Source of the DNA: Clostridiales bacterium
GTDB lineage: Bacteria; Bacillota; Clostridia; Clostridiales; Clostridiaceae
DNA length: 64,000 nucleotides
NCBI GenBank assembly: GCA_012519845.1
Contig: JAAYPK010000109.1
Span: 1,765 to 65,764, forward strand
Direction of reading: 5' to 3'
Shown: positions 1 to 9,444 of the stretch, in pieces
Numbering within the stretch: position 1 is the stretch's first letter
Layout: the number at the start of each line of letters is the position of its first letter
The notes under the pieces: generated by a model
Told to the model about the DNA's origin: nothing
Database searches by the model: none
The model's input: the letters and a program-made list of their open reading frames with translations, nothing else
Made by a program: the position numbers and the translations under genes

Positions 1-651
1 TTCACAATTGTATCAGTTATTGTTCTGAATGTAATTGGCTTTTTGTTAGCCTTATTAGTTACTCAAAAATTAAAAACTAGTAATATATTAAAGACAATAT
101 TTTTTATGCCTAATTTAATTGGAGGATTAATTTTAGGTTTTATATGGCAATTTATTTTTCAAGAAGTATTCGCTACAATAGGAAATACTATTGGGGTTGA
201 ATCATTAAATGGATGGTTATCTGATGAGAAAACTGGATTTTGGGGATTAGTTATTTTAATGAGTTGGCAAATGTCAGGATACTTAATGATTATATATATT
301 TCAGGTATACAAGGAATATCAAGAGAAGTACTTGAGGCTGCAAAGATTGATGGGGCAAGCCCTATTCAAAGATTAAAACATATAATTTTGCCTTTAGTTA
401 GACCTGCAATGACAGTTAGTGTATTTTTAACATTATCAAATTCTTTTAAGCTATATGATCAAAATCTATCATTAACAGCTGGTGGACCAGGAAATGCAAC
501 TCAAATGATATCCATGAATATTCTTAAAACAGGACAAAAATTTAATGATATGGGACAAGCACAGGCAAAAGCAATTATTTTACTTTTAGTTGTTGGTGCT
601 ATTTCATTAATTCAAGTTTACATTTCAAAGAAGGGAGAAGTTGAAGCATAA
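1..651 (+). CDS. Carbohydrate ABC transporter permease (MsmF/MalF-like), 5'-truncated by the window edge
   Basis: Frame is open from base 1. Hydrophobic helices plus EAA loop (EAAKIDGAS) and FKLYDQNLSLTAGGPG motif. Confidence 0.9.
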   Translation, partial: FTIVSVIVLNVIGFLLALLVTQKLKTSNILKTIFFMPNLIGGLILGFIWQFIFQEVFATIGNTIGVESLNGWLSDEKTGFWGLVILMSWQMSGYLMIIYISGIQGISREVLEAAKIDGASPIQRLKHIILPLVRPAMTVSVFLTLSNSFKLYDQNLSLTAGGPGNATQMISMNILKTGQKFNDMGQAQAKAIILLLVVGAISLIQVYISKKGEVEA

Positions 652-1490
652 TGAAAAAAGTATATTCAGATGGAAATATGGCTTACAGTAAAAAAATTAT
701 ATTAACAATTGTAGGAATTGTAACAGGATTAATATTTCTAGCTCCTTTTTGGGTAATAATAATTAATTCATTTAAAACAAAAAGAGAATTATTTGAAAGC
801 ACTTTGGCATTTCCCAAGGAATTTATTTTCGATAATTATAAAAAGGCTTTTGAAAGTTTAGATTTTCTGAAAACTCTTGGAACATCATTATTAATTACTA
901 TTTGTAGTATTACAATTATTGTAATATTTTCATCTATGGCAGGCTGGATGTTACAAAGAACAAAATCAAAAGTTAGCAATATTATTTTAATGATTTTTGT
1001 AGTTTCAATGTTAATTCCATTTCAAGCAGTAATGTTGCCTTTAGTTAGAATAATGGGAAAACTACATTTATTAAATATTCCAGGACTTATTTTTATGTAC
1101 TTAGGTTTTGGATCAGCAATGTCAATCTTCCTTTATCATGGCTTTGTAAAAGGAATACCAAAAGAATTAGATGAAGCTGCAACTATTGATGGTTGTTCTA
1201 AATTTCAAACCTTTAGGTATGTAATATTCCCTTTATTAAAGCCTACTACAGTAACAGTAGCAATATTAAATTTAGTATGGATATGGAATGATTATTTGTT
1301 ACCTTCTTTAGTTATTAACGGAAAAAATCCTACTATACCATTAAAAACATTCTTGTTTTTTGGAGAATATACAAAACAGTGGCATTTAGCATTAGCAGGG
1401 TTAGTAATAACTATTTTACCAGTAATAATCTTCTATTTCTTTGCACAAAAACAAATTATTGAGTCTATTGTAGAGGGTAGTGTTAAATAA
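651..1490 (+). CDS. Carbohydrate ABC transporter permease (MsmG/MalG-like)
   Basis: EAATIDGCS EAA motif and WIWNDYLLP. Start overlaps the upstream stop (TAATG). Confidence 0.9.
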   Translation: MKKVYSDGNMAYSKKIILTIVGIVTGLIFLAPFWVIIINSFKTKRELFESTLAFPKEFIFDNYKKAFESLDFLKTLGTSLLITICSITIIVIFSSMAGWMLQRTKSKVSNIILMIFVVSMLIPFQAVMLPLVRIMGKLHLLNIPGLIFMYLGFGSAMSIFLYHGFVKGIPKELDEAATIDGCSKFQTFRYVIFPLLKPTTVTVAILNLVWIWNDYLLPSLVINGKNPTIPLKTFLFFGEYTKQWHLALAGLVITILPVIIFYFFAQKQIIESIVEGSVK

Positions 1491-1504
1491 AGTTTATTAT
1501 TCTT

Positions 1505-1550
1505 TAGGCTGACAATTCCAGAAATGGTATTGTTGGTCTATTTTAATTTT
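1505..1550 (+). terminator. Probable intrinsic terminator after the sugar permeases
   Basis: Imperfect hairpin taggctgacaat...attgttggtcta followed by a T-rich tract. Confidence 0.55.
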
Positions 1551-1686
1551 TAAGTTAAATATTAATTAATTTAGATAAGAAATAAAGACTAGTATATACA
1601 TTATAGTATTATTTTCAATATTAAGCATTTATTTTACAAAAATGGTATGTTATCATTATGGTGATAAATAGAAAGAAGGTGCATGT

Positions 1687-4600
1687 ATGAAAGAAAAATA
1701 TTATTTAAAAAACGGACAAGATACTTTATATGAAATTGTGAAAGAAAATGCAGAAAAAAAAGGGAGTGAAGAATGTTATTCATTCTACGATTTTAGTAAC
1801 AATGAAAAAAAAATCATACCACTAACAAGACGTGAACTATTTTCTAGAAGTGTAGAAGCAGCAAAGATTATAAGAAGTAATAATATAAAAAAAGGTGATA
1901 ATGTAATTATTTTTTCTACACAAACTGTTGATAATGTTATAGCGGCATTTGCATCAGTTTATTGTGGAATTGTTTTTACTATAATTCCACCACCAATTGA
2001 TGAAAGCAAAAAAATGCGCTTCATTTCTGTACTTAACTCTTGTAAAGCAAAATACATACTTTGTAATGGGTTAATTAAAAAGAAATTAGCTGATTCTCTT
2101 AAAAGTATTAAATTAATAAATATTGAAGAAGAATCTGATTCTAAGGATATTTTTGTGCCGGAAAGAATAGGAGTAGATGATGTTATTTATTTACAATATT
2201 CTTCAGGATCAACTAGTGCTCCTAAAGGTGTGGAAATAACATATGGAAATTTAATTAGCAATATTAATGCCTGCTATGATAATTACAAAGCAAGAAGAAC
2301 TTTTACATGGGTACCATTTTTTCATAACATGGGATTGGTTTATAGTTTATTTGGACCAGGGATTAATGAAAACTTTGTAGCAGGAATTATGTCTCCAGCA
2401 GCATTTATAGAAAAGCCATCAAGATGGATAGAAGGCTTAAGTGAATATAAAGCAGAAATGACTTCAATTCCACATTCTGTTATTGAGTCATATCCCAAAA
2501 TAGTTCCTGCAAAATCTCTTAAGAATATAGACTTATCAAACTTAAGATCTATACAAGATGGATCAGAAATAGTTAACTATTCTGGAATGAAGAGATTTGC
2601 AAAAGAATATGAAGAGTTTGGAATGAAACTAGAAAAATTTTTTACAGGTTATGGATTAGCAGAAAGTACATGTGCTATTGCTACAGGTTTTTGTACAAGT
2701 GAAAATGTAATTAATATTGATTTCAATGAGTATCAAAAGGGAAAGTTAGTTTTAGTTGATAATGAGGGGGAAGGGACAATACAATTTGTAAGTGGGGGAA
2801 GAATTGTTCCGCACACAACAGTAAAAATTGTAAATCCAGAAACATGTGAAATTTGTAAAGATAATGAATTTGGTGAGATATGGATTCAAGGACCATCTGT
2901 TGCAAAAGGTTATTATATGAACAAAAAGGCCACAATAGAAACATTTAAAGGAACTATAGAAGGTATTCCTGGTGAATTTCTTAGAACAGGGGATCTTGGA
3001 ATTGTTATAAATAATCACTTGTATATTACAGGTAGAGCAAAAGAACTAATTATAATAAATGGTAATAATATTTTACCAAACGATATAAATTTAAAGTTAA
3101 AAGAGAAAATAAATATATTAAATTATAGTACTATTGTACCTTTTTCTATTGAAAAAGAAGGTAAGGAAAAATTAATTGTTTTAATAGAATTACCAGAACA
3201 AATTATAAAAAAAATAGATATAGCAGAAATTACAAATGAGATAAATAATGTAATTTTTGAATATTTTGAAGTATCTCCATATGATGTAGGAATACTAAAA
3301 GATGGAGAATTAATAAAATCAGACAATGGGAAAGTATCAATACTAAAATCTCGTGAAAAATACTTAGATGGGAAATTTAATTTCATAAATTCAAGAGGGC
3401 AGGAAGAAGAAATAGCTTGTGCTGAAGGAAATTTAACAGAAACAGAGCTAGAATTAATTATCCTAATAAAAGAGAAACTAGATTATAAGGTAAGACCTAA
3501 GGATAATTTACTTAGTTTAGGTATGGACTCATTGGCAGTTGTAGAATTAGCAACAATTATTGAAGATAGATTTAATGTTGTTATTCCAGTAAGTGTAATT
3601 TTTGAGAAACCACAAATTAATTTTATAGCTTTGTATATTGAGAAATCCTTAAATGGGGAAGATTTATCAAATTTGTACTCAGATAAATCATACTTAATAG
3701 AAGCTTGTAAATTAGATGAATCAATTACATTTAGTAAATATTCAGAGGAAAAGCCATTAATGAAAAATGTGTTGATTACAGGGACAACTGGATTTGTAGG
3801 TGCTTATTTAATCTACAATATAATGGAAAGAAGCAAGGCTAATGCATATTGTCATGTAAGAGCTAAGAGTAAAGAACATGGATTTTCAAGAATTAAGGAA
3901 AATATGAAATACTATAAACTATGGGATGATAATTATGAAAAAAGAATATTCCCTATAGTAGGTTCAGTAGACAAGCCTAAGTTAGGTATAGAAGATAATG
4001 AGTATGAATTTTTATGTGAAAAGATTGATACTGTATACCATAATGGAGCAATTCTTAATTTTATATATCCATTTAGTAGACTTAAAGATACTAATGTATT
4101 TGGTACAGTAGAGTCCATAAAATTTGCAGCTACAGGAAGAGTAAAATATTATAATTATGTATCATCATATAGTGTATTTGATAATCCAAGTTACTTTGAC
4201 AAAGAAATATTTGAAGATGATGAATTAAATGCATATGAAGGCTATTATTTACCATATAGTGAAACAAAATGGGTATGTGAGAAAATAATACAAATTGCAA
4301 GGGAAAGAGGCCTTAAAGCTTGTGTATACAGACCAGGGGAAATAACAGGAGATAGTAAAAATGGTATTTGGAAATATAGCGATTCTGTAAGTAGAACAAT
4401 TAAAGATATTATGATAAATAAGAAATATGCAGATATAGATATGAATATTCATATGACTCAAGTAGATTATATTGCTTCAGCTATTATAGAAATATCTAAA
4501 CAAGGTAATACTTATGGTAAAGCATATAATTTATTAAATGATAAAATAATATCCTATAAAGAACTTGGGGATATAATGAAGAAATGTGGATATGATTTAA

Positions 4601-4845
4601 AAATGATTACTTATGAAGAGTGGAAAGAGAACTTGTTCAATTCTGGTAATGAACATCCATTAAAATTATTGGAATCATTATTTAAAGTTACTAAAAAATC
4701 AAATGAATCTATGGAAAAAAGATATGGTAAATTAGAAGCAAGGTTAGATTGTAGTAATACTAAAAATGCTTTAAGAGGAACAGATATAGAATGTAAGCCT
4801 ATAGATATGGAATTAATACAAAAATATATTAAGAACTTTATTTAA
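1687..4845 (+). CDS. Fatty acyl-AMP ligase-like adenylation domain + acyl carrier domain + thioester reductase (A-T-R, carboxylic-acid-reductase-like architecture)
   Basis: YLQYSSGSTSAPKGV (A3), GYGLAE (A5), GEIWIQGPSVAKGY, LRTGDLG, ITGRAKELIIING. Carrier motif LGMDSL (Ser codon 3529-3531). Reductase ITGTTGFVGAYL, HNGA, YSETK (YxxxK), YRPG. Confidence 0.9.
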   Translation: MKEKYYLKNGQDTLYEIVKENAEKKGSEECYSFYDFSNNEKKIIPLTRRELFSRSVEAAKIIRSNNIKKGDNVIIFSTQTVDNVIAAFASVYCGIVFTIIPPPIDESKKMRFISVLNSCKAKYILCNGLIKKKLADSLKSIKLINIEEESDSKDIFVPERIGVDDVIYLQYSSGSTSAPKGVEITYGNLISNINACYDNYKARRTFTWVPFFHNMGLVYSLFGPGINENFVAGIMSPAAFIEKPSRWIEGLSEYKAEMTSIPHSVIESYPKIVPAKSLKNIDLSNLRSIQDGSEIVNYSGMKRFAKEYEEFGMKLEKFFTGYGLAESTCAIATGFCTSENVINIDFNEYQKGKLVLVDNEGEGTIQFVSGGRIVPHTTVKIVNPETCEICKDNEFGEIWIQGPSVAKGYYMNKKATIETFKGTIEGIPGEFLRTGDLGIVINNHLYITGRAKELIIINGNNILPNDINLKLKEKINILNYSTIVPFSIEKEGKEKLIVLIELPEQIIKKIDIAEITNEINNVIFEYFEVSPYDVGILKDGELIKSDNGKVSILKSREKYLDGKFNFINSRGQEEEIACAEGNLTETELELIILIKEKLDYKVRPKDNLLSLGMDSLAVVELATIIEDRFNVVIPVSVIFEKPQINFIALYIEKSLNGEDLSNLYSDKSYLIEACKLDESITFSKYSEEKPLMKNVLITGTTGFVGAYLIYNIMERSKANAYCHVRAKSKEHGFSRIKENMKYYKLWDDNYEKRIFPIVGSVDKPKLGIEDNEYEFLCEKIDTVYHNGAILNFIYPFSRLKDTNVFGTVESIKFAATGRVKYYNYVSSYSVFDNPSYFDKEIFEDDELNAYEGYYLPYSETKWVCEKIIQIARERGLKACVYRPGEITGDSKNGIWKYSDSVSRTIKDIMINKKYADIDMNIHMTQVDYIASAIIEISKQGNTYGKAYNLLNDKIISYKELGDIMKKCGYDLKMITYEEWKENLFNSGNEHPLKLLESLFKVTKKSNESMEKRYGKLEARLDCSNTKNALRGTDIECKPIDMELIQKYIKNFI

Positions 4846-4891
4846 AAATTATGTAAATTAAAATAAATCATTGAGTCACGCTCTTATTGTT

Positions 4892-4925
4892 ATTAAAAGG
4901 GCTGTTTTGAAACAGCCCTTTTAAT
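4892..4925. terminator. Bidirectional intrinsic terminator between the convergent A-T-R and MCP genes
   Basis: Inverted repeat attaaaagggctgttt / aaacagcccttttaat with A and T tails. Confidence 0.85.
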
Positions 4926-4928
4926 TTT

Positions 4929-6416
4929 TTATATATATTTATTCATTTCTTTTGAATTCTCTAAAAGCTCTTGAGTTAATTCTTTTGTTTTGCTTGTACG
5001 AGATAAGTTTTGTTCAGTTACAGCAGTAGTTTCTTCAACTGCAGCCATTGTTTCTTCACTAATAGATGAAATATCTTGAATATTTGATATTATTTCATCA
5101 TTTGTAGAAAGAATATTAATTATTTCACTTGATATGGTTTGAGCATTTTCATTTACTGCATTCATTTTATTAATTGTTGATTTAAATATTTTTGAAGTAT
5201 CTGAAATTAAAGAATTCTGTTCTTTATTAACTTCACGAAGTTTACTAACTGCATTAACACAAATATCAACCATTTCTTGTAATTTAGATACTATTTCTGT
5301 AATATCATTTGCAGATTCGCCACTTTGTGTTGCTAAATTTCTTATTTCATCAGCTACAACAGCAAAGCCTTTACCTGCTTCTCCAGCTCTAGCACTTTCT
5401 ATTGAAGCATTAAGAGAAAGCAAATTTGTTTGTTCGGCTAATTCAGTTATTACTTGAGTTATTTTTTGAATTGAAGAAGTATTATCTTTTAGTTCTATCA
5501 TATATTTTTCAACATTGTCACTATTTTCGTTAACTATTTTAGTCTTATTATTTAAATCTTCAACAATGTAAATACCGTTATTCATAGATTCTATAGTATC
5601 AGAAGATATATCTCCCATGTGATTAGCTTTTTCTGAAGTGGAGTTAATTACTTGTTGAATTTTCTCAGTAAGTTCAGTTTGGTTTTGGACACTATTCACT
5701 GTTGTTTCCATACCTTTTGAAATATTTGAAATTGCAGAATTAATAGTGTTTGAGGATTCTTCAAGTTCAGTAACAATGTTATATACTTCATTAGAATTTT
5801 TATCAAATAAAGAAGCGGTTTTTAAAACATCATTAAGCATGTTTTTTATCATATCTTCATTTGCTTTTATTGAATTAATTTTATCTTCATTTAACTTAAT
5901 GGATAATTTAGATGAACCATATAGAGCAATGGACACTATTATAATGGTACATATTTGAATAGTAAAATTAGTTGTACTTAAGGAATCAGTTTTCCCTTGA
6001 ATAACAAATAATACCACTTTAAGTACATTTATAGCTATTGAAGATATACATAGAGTTTTTATTAATTTAATATCAAAATATAAATAACTAAGTATTAATA
6101 TAGATATTATGTATACAAAGGTTAATTGTAGACTTGAACCAAATAATGCTACTAAATACACAATGAAATATCCATAAAAAATAAAATATTTAAGATTTTG
6201 ATTAGAAGAATTCTTTTTGTATAAAATTATATCTACAATTAAAGAAAATATAATAACTATAGAGAAGAATATTAATAAGGGTATTGGAACAGAAGGATTC
6301 TCTTTGAAAGCTTCTACAATATTTCCGATTATTATACATAGATACAATAAACTTACCACTGATATAGATAGTTTATTAGTTTGTGAAAAATGATTATTAT
6401 TTTCAGTTTTACTCAT
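4929..6416 (-). CDS. Methyl-accepting chemotaxis protein with a polytopic membrane N-terminus
   Basis: Signalling hairpin [37 protein letters not shown]. About 5-6 hydrophobic segments in the first ~170 aa. Confidence 0.93.
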   Translation of the reverse strand: MSKTENNNHFSQTNKLSISVVSLLYLCIIIGNIVEAFKENPSVPIPLLIFFSIVIIFSLIVDIILYKKNSSNQNLKYFIFYGYFIVYLVALFGSSLQLTFVYIISILILSYLYFDIKLIKTLCISSIAINVLKVVLFVIQGKTDSLSTTNFTIQICTIIIVSIALYGSSKLSIKLNEDKINSIKANEDMIKNMLNDVLKTASLFDKNSNEVYNIVTELEESSNTINSAISNISKGMETTVNSVQNQTELTEKIQQVINSTSEKANHMGDISSDTIESMNNGIYIVEDLNNKTKIVNENSDNVEKYMIELKDNTSSIQKITQVITELAEQTNLLSLNASIESARAGEAGKGFAVVADEIRNLATQSGESANDITEIVSKLQEMVDICVNAVSKLREVNKEQNSLISDTSKIFKSTINKMNAVNENAQTISSEIINILSTNDEIISNIQDISSISEETMAAVEETTAVTEQNLSRTSKTKELTQELLENSKEMNKYI

Positions 6417-6536
6417 ATAAGTACCTCCAATTATTTTGTAATTATTACATAAACATGCTTCTATTATACAATTTCATTTTAAAAATATATTCAAAATTAA
6501 CAAATGTTTTCAAAAAAGTAAAGACTGGTTAATAAA

Positions 6537-6565
6537 TTGACTTGAAAAAATAAAAAGAGTATAAT
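6537..6565 (+). promoter_or_regulatory. SigA-type promoter of the ABC-2 operon
   Basis: TTGACT-17 bp-TATAAT upstream of the 6598 start. Confidence 0.7.
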
Positions 6566-6597
6566 TAATATCCTATTAATGTAAGAAGAGGTGTTGT

Positions 6598-7425
6598 ATG
6601 GGAAGATTGTTTAATGATATTTCAAATTATATACCTTTTGGTAAAAGTGTTATTCAAAGAAGAATGAGCTATAAAGTAGGTTTTTTTATGAGAATTGTAG
6701 GAGGATTAATCCAAGTACTGATTATGTACTATCTATGGGTTGCTATATTTAATAGTTCATCAAGTAGTATTATTAATGGATTTAATAGTAGTGAAATAAT
6801 AGTATATGTAATTATGAGCTATATAACATCACAAATAATTAATGTTAGCATGGATTGGACCATTTCAGATGATATTATTACAGGTTCAATAGCAACTAAC
6901 TTAATTAAACCTATTAGCTATGAAAAGAGAATTCTATCAGAAAGTATTGGACAAGTAGTATTAAACTTATCAACAATTTCATTACCATTATGGATTTGTT
7001 TTTATATATATAAATTTATATCAGAAGGACAAATGCCACCTGATATAATTAATATTTTATTATATATTTTAAGTGTAATACTAGGATATGTTGTTATGTT
7101 TTTATTTAATTTTATTTTTTCAATAAGTGCATTTTTTGTAACATATATTTGGGGATTTATGATGGCTAAAGGGATACTAATAAAATTCTTTTCAGGAGAA
7201 TTAATACCAATAGTATTTTTTCCAGTTGCATTACAAGGGGTATTAAAGTATTTACCTTTTTCAGCAATGAATTATACTCCTGTTATGGTTTATATGGGGA
7301 AATTGCCACAGAATGAGCTATTATTTTCTTTAGGAATTCAACTAGTTTGGATAATAGTTTTATATATTATTTTTAGGTTGTTATGGAAAAAGGCAATTGA
7401 AAGAGTAACAGTAATGGGGGGATAA
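6598..7425 (+). CDS. ABC-2 type exporter permease (DUF990-like)
   Basis: Six hydrophobic segments, DDIITGSIATNLIKP, FSGELIP, LPF, C-terminal VMGG. Confidence 0.85.
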   Translation: MGRLFNDISNYIPFGKSVIQRRMSYKVGFFMRIVGGLIQVLIMYYLWVAIFNSSSSSIINGFNSSEIIVYVIMSYITSQIINVSMDWTISDDIITGSIATNLIKPISYEKRILSESIGQVVLNLSTISLPLWICFYIYKFISEGQMPPDIINILLYILSVILGYVVMFLFNFIFSISAFFVTYIWGFMMAKGILIKFFSGELIPIVFFPVALQGVLKYLPFSAMNYTPVMVYMGKLPQNELLFSLGIQLVWIIVLYIIFRLLWKKAIERVTVMGG

Positions 7426-7428
7426 AAA

Positions 7429-8220
7429 ATGCTAAGATACTTAGATATTTATAAAGATTTTGTAAAACAATATTTCAAAATATTAATGCAATCTAAGGCT
7501 AATTTTTTTATTGGGATAATTTGTTTTGTCTTCTCTCAAGTTACAGGAATACTTTTTATTTCAATGGTATTTAAAACAATACCTGATTTAAATGGATGGA
7601 GCTTTTATGAAATTTTATTTATTTATGGCTTTGCTCAACTTCCAAGGGGAATTGATCATTTAATATCAGATTATATTTGGCTTTTTAGCAAAAATACAAT
7701 AATTAGAGGGGAATTTGATAGATATTTATTAAGACCTCTTAATCCATTATTTCAAGTGTTTGCAGAAAGATTTCAATTAGATGCCTTAGGGGAGATATTA
7801 ACCGGAATTGTTATAGTTGGATATTCAATTACAAATTTAAGTATTACAATTACAGCTACAAAAGTCATTGCTTTTATAATAGTAATTTTTTCTGGTGCAG
7901 TTATTTATACAGCTATAAAATTATTTTTTGCCTCTCTTGCATTTTGGATTAAAGAGAGTTTTCCAATATTAAATATAGTATATATGTTTTCAGATTTCAC
8001 AAAGTATCCCAATTCAATATATGGTAAAGGAATCCAGATAATATTAAGTTTTATAATACCCTTTGCTTTTACAGCCTTTATTCCAGCATCATATTTTTTA
8101 GATAAGGGTACAATTACTTATTGTGTTTTAGGAACATTTATTGTTGCAATTATATCATTCATAATAGCATATAAAACTTGGAATTTGGGGATGAAATCCT
8201 ATGAAAGTGCTGGAAATTAG
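7429..8220 (+). CDS. ABC-2 type exporter permease, second subunit (DUF990-like)
   Basis: LNGWSFYE, GEFDRYLLRPLNP, KYPNSIY, C-terminal YESAGN. Confidence 0.85.
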   Translation: MLRYLDIYKDFVKQYFKILMQSKANFFIGIICFVFSQVTGILFISMVFKTIPDLNGWSFYEILFIYGFAQLPRGIDHLISDYIWLFSKNTIIRGEFDRYLLRPLNPLFQVFAERFQLDALGEILTGIVIVGYSITNLSITITATKVIAFIIVIFSGAVIYTAIKLFFASLAFWIKESFPILNIVYMFSDFTKYPNSIYGKGIQIILSFIIPFAFTAFIPASYFLDKGTITYCVLGTFIVAIISFIIAYKTWNLGMKSYESAGN

Positions 8221-8229
8221 GAGGTATTA

Positions 8230-9243
8230 ATGATTAAGGTAGAAAATTTAAGAAAAGAATTTAAATCAAATAAAATAGAACCAGGCTTTAAAGGTGCAGT
8301 AAAAAGTCTTTTTACTCATGAAACAATTACTAAAGTTGCAGTTGAAGATATAAGTTTTGAAATTGAAAAAGGGGAAATAGTAGGATACTTGGGCCCAAAT
8401 GGAGCAGGGAAGTCAACTACAATAAAAATGGTAACTGGTATTTTAACTCCAACTAGTGGAAGTTGTATGGTTGATGGAATTATTCCATATGAAAACAGAA
8501 TTGAAAATGCTAAAAAAATTGGAGTGGTTTTTGGACAAAGAACACAATTATGGTGGGACCTGCCACTATCAGAAACCTTTGCATTACTAAGAAAAATATA
8601 TGGGGTTGAAATTTCTTCATATAATCAAAGGCTAGATTTATTAAGAGAAGGATTAGGACTTGATGAATTTATGGGTAGAACAGTTAGAACCTTATCCCTA
8701 GGTCAAAGAATGAGGGCAGATTTAGCGGCAGCATTAATTCATAATCCAAAGGTTATATATTTAGATGAACCAACTATTGGATTGGATCTAGTAGTTAAGG
8801 ATCAAATAAGAAATCTTATAAGAGAGTTTAGAGAAGAATATGGTACAACAGTAATGCTTACTACTCATGATATGAGTGATATAGAAGAATTATGCAAAAG
8901 AATATTAGTTATTGATAAAGGAAAGTTAATTTATGATGGGGATTTAAGCAATTTAAAAAATCAATATGGAACTTCAAGAACATTAGAATTATTGTTAAAG
9001 AAGCCTAATGAACTTAATTTGGAACTATTAAAACAACAAATTGGAACAATTTCGGAAAAAATGGATTTTACTTTTGATGGTAGCAAAGTGAAAATAGTTC
9101 ATAAAAAAGAAGATATAGATACTATAGAACTTATAGGAGAAGTAGTTAAGTATATTGGCGTGAAAGATATTGAAATTATAGATATGCCTGCTAGCGAAAT
9201 AATAAAAAGAATATATAAAGGTGAGAATGTAATGAACAATTGA
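8230..9243 (+). CDS. ABC transporter ATP-binding protein
   Basis: Walker A GPNGAGKST, signature LSLGQRMR, Walker B YLDEPT, VFGQRTQLWWDLP. Confidence 0.93.
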   Translation: MIKVENLRKEFKSNKIEPGFKGAVKSLFTHETITKVAVEDISFEIEKGEIVGYLGPNGAGKSTTIKMVTGILTPTSGSCMVDGIIPYENRIENAKKIGVVFGQRTQLWWDLPLSETFALLRKIYGVEISSYNQRLDLLREGLGLDEFMGRTVRTLSLGQRMRADLAAALIHNPKVIYLDEPTIGLDLVVKDQIRNLIREFREEYGTTVMLTTHDMSDIEELCKRILVIDKGKLIYDGDLSNLKNQYGTSRTLELLLKKPNELNLELLKQQIGTISEKMDFTFDGSKVKIVHKKEDIDTIELIGEVVKYIGVKDIEIIDMPASEIIKRIYKGENVMNN

Positions 9244-9268
9244 CATTAGTTTTATTTGGTGGTATCCT
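9240..9268 (+). promoter_or_regulatory. SigA-type promoter of the pyr operon
   Basis: TTGACA (overlapping the upstream stop codon)-17 bp-TATCCT with an extended TG. Confidence 0.7.
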
Positions 9269-9274
9269 TAAGAA

Positions 9275-9380
9275 CAGAAAACCCTTCAATTTGATTCAGA
9301 GAAGTCAATAAGGAAGTGATACTTTTACATTTATAGCGGGATTTTTATGCCTTCCTTAAAAATAAGGAAGGCATTTTTTG
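9275..9380 (+). promoter_or_regulatory. PyrR-binding attenuator leader (anti-antiterminator / antiterminator / terminator)
   Basis: Binding-loop-like CCTTCAATTTGATTCAGAGAAGTCAATAAGG (9283-9313). AAGGAAG (9310-9316) can pair with CTTCCTT (9351-9357). Terminator ATGCCTTCCTTA-AAAA-TAAGGAAGGCAT-TTTTT (9347-9380). Lies directly upstream of pyrB. Confidence 0.85.
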
Positions 9381-9444
9381 AGCACATTAATAATGTATTT
9401 TTGCAAATATTAAATATGTAAGCCATGAAAAGGAGTGATAATAC

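Noticed and set aside
2723-4461. Several short minus-strand ORFs inside the A-T-R gene (and similar short ORFs opposite other genes throughout the window)
   Set aside because: Fully nested antisense to well-supported genes, 60-120 aa, without RBS or motifs.
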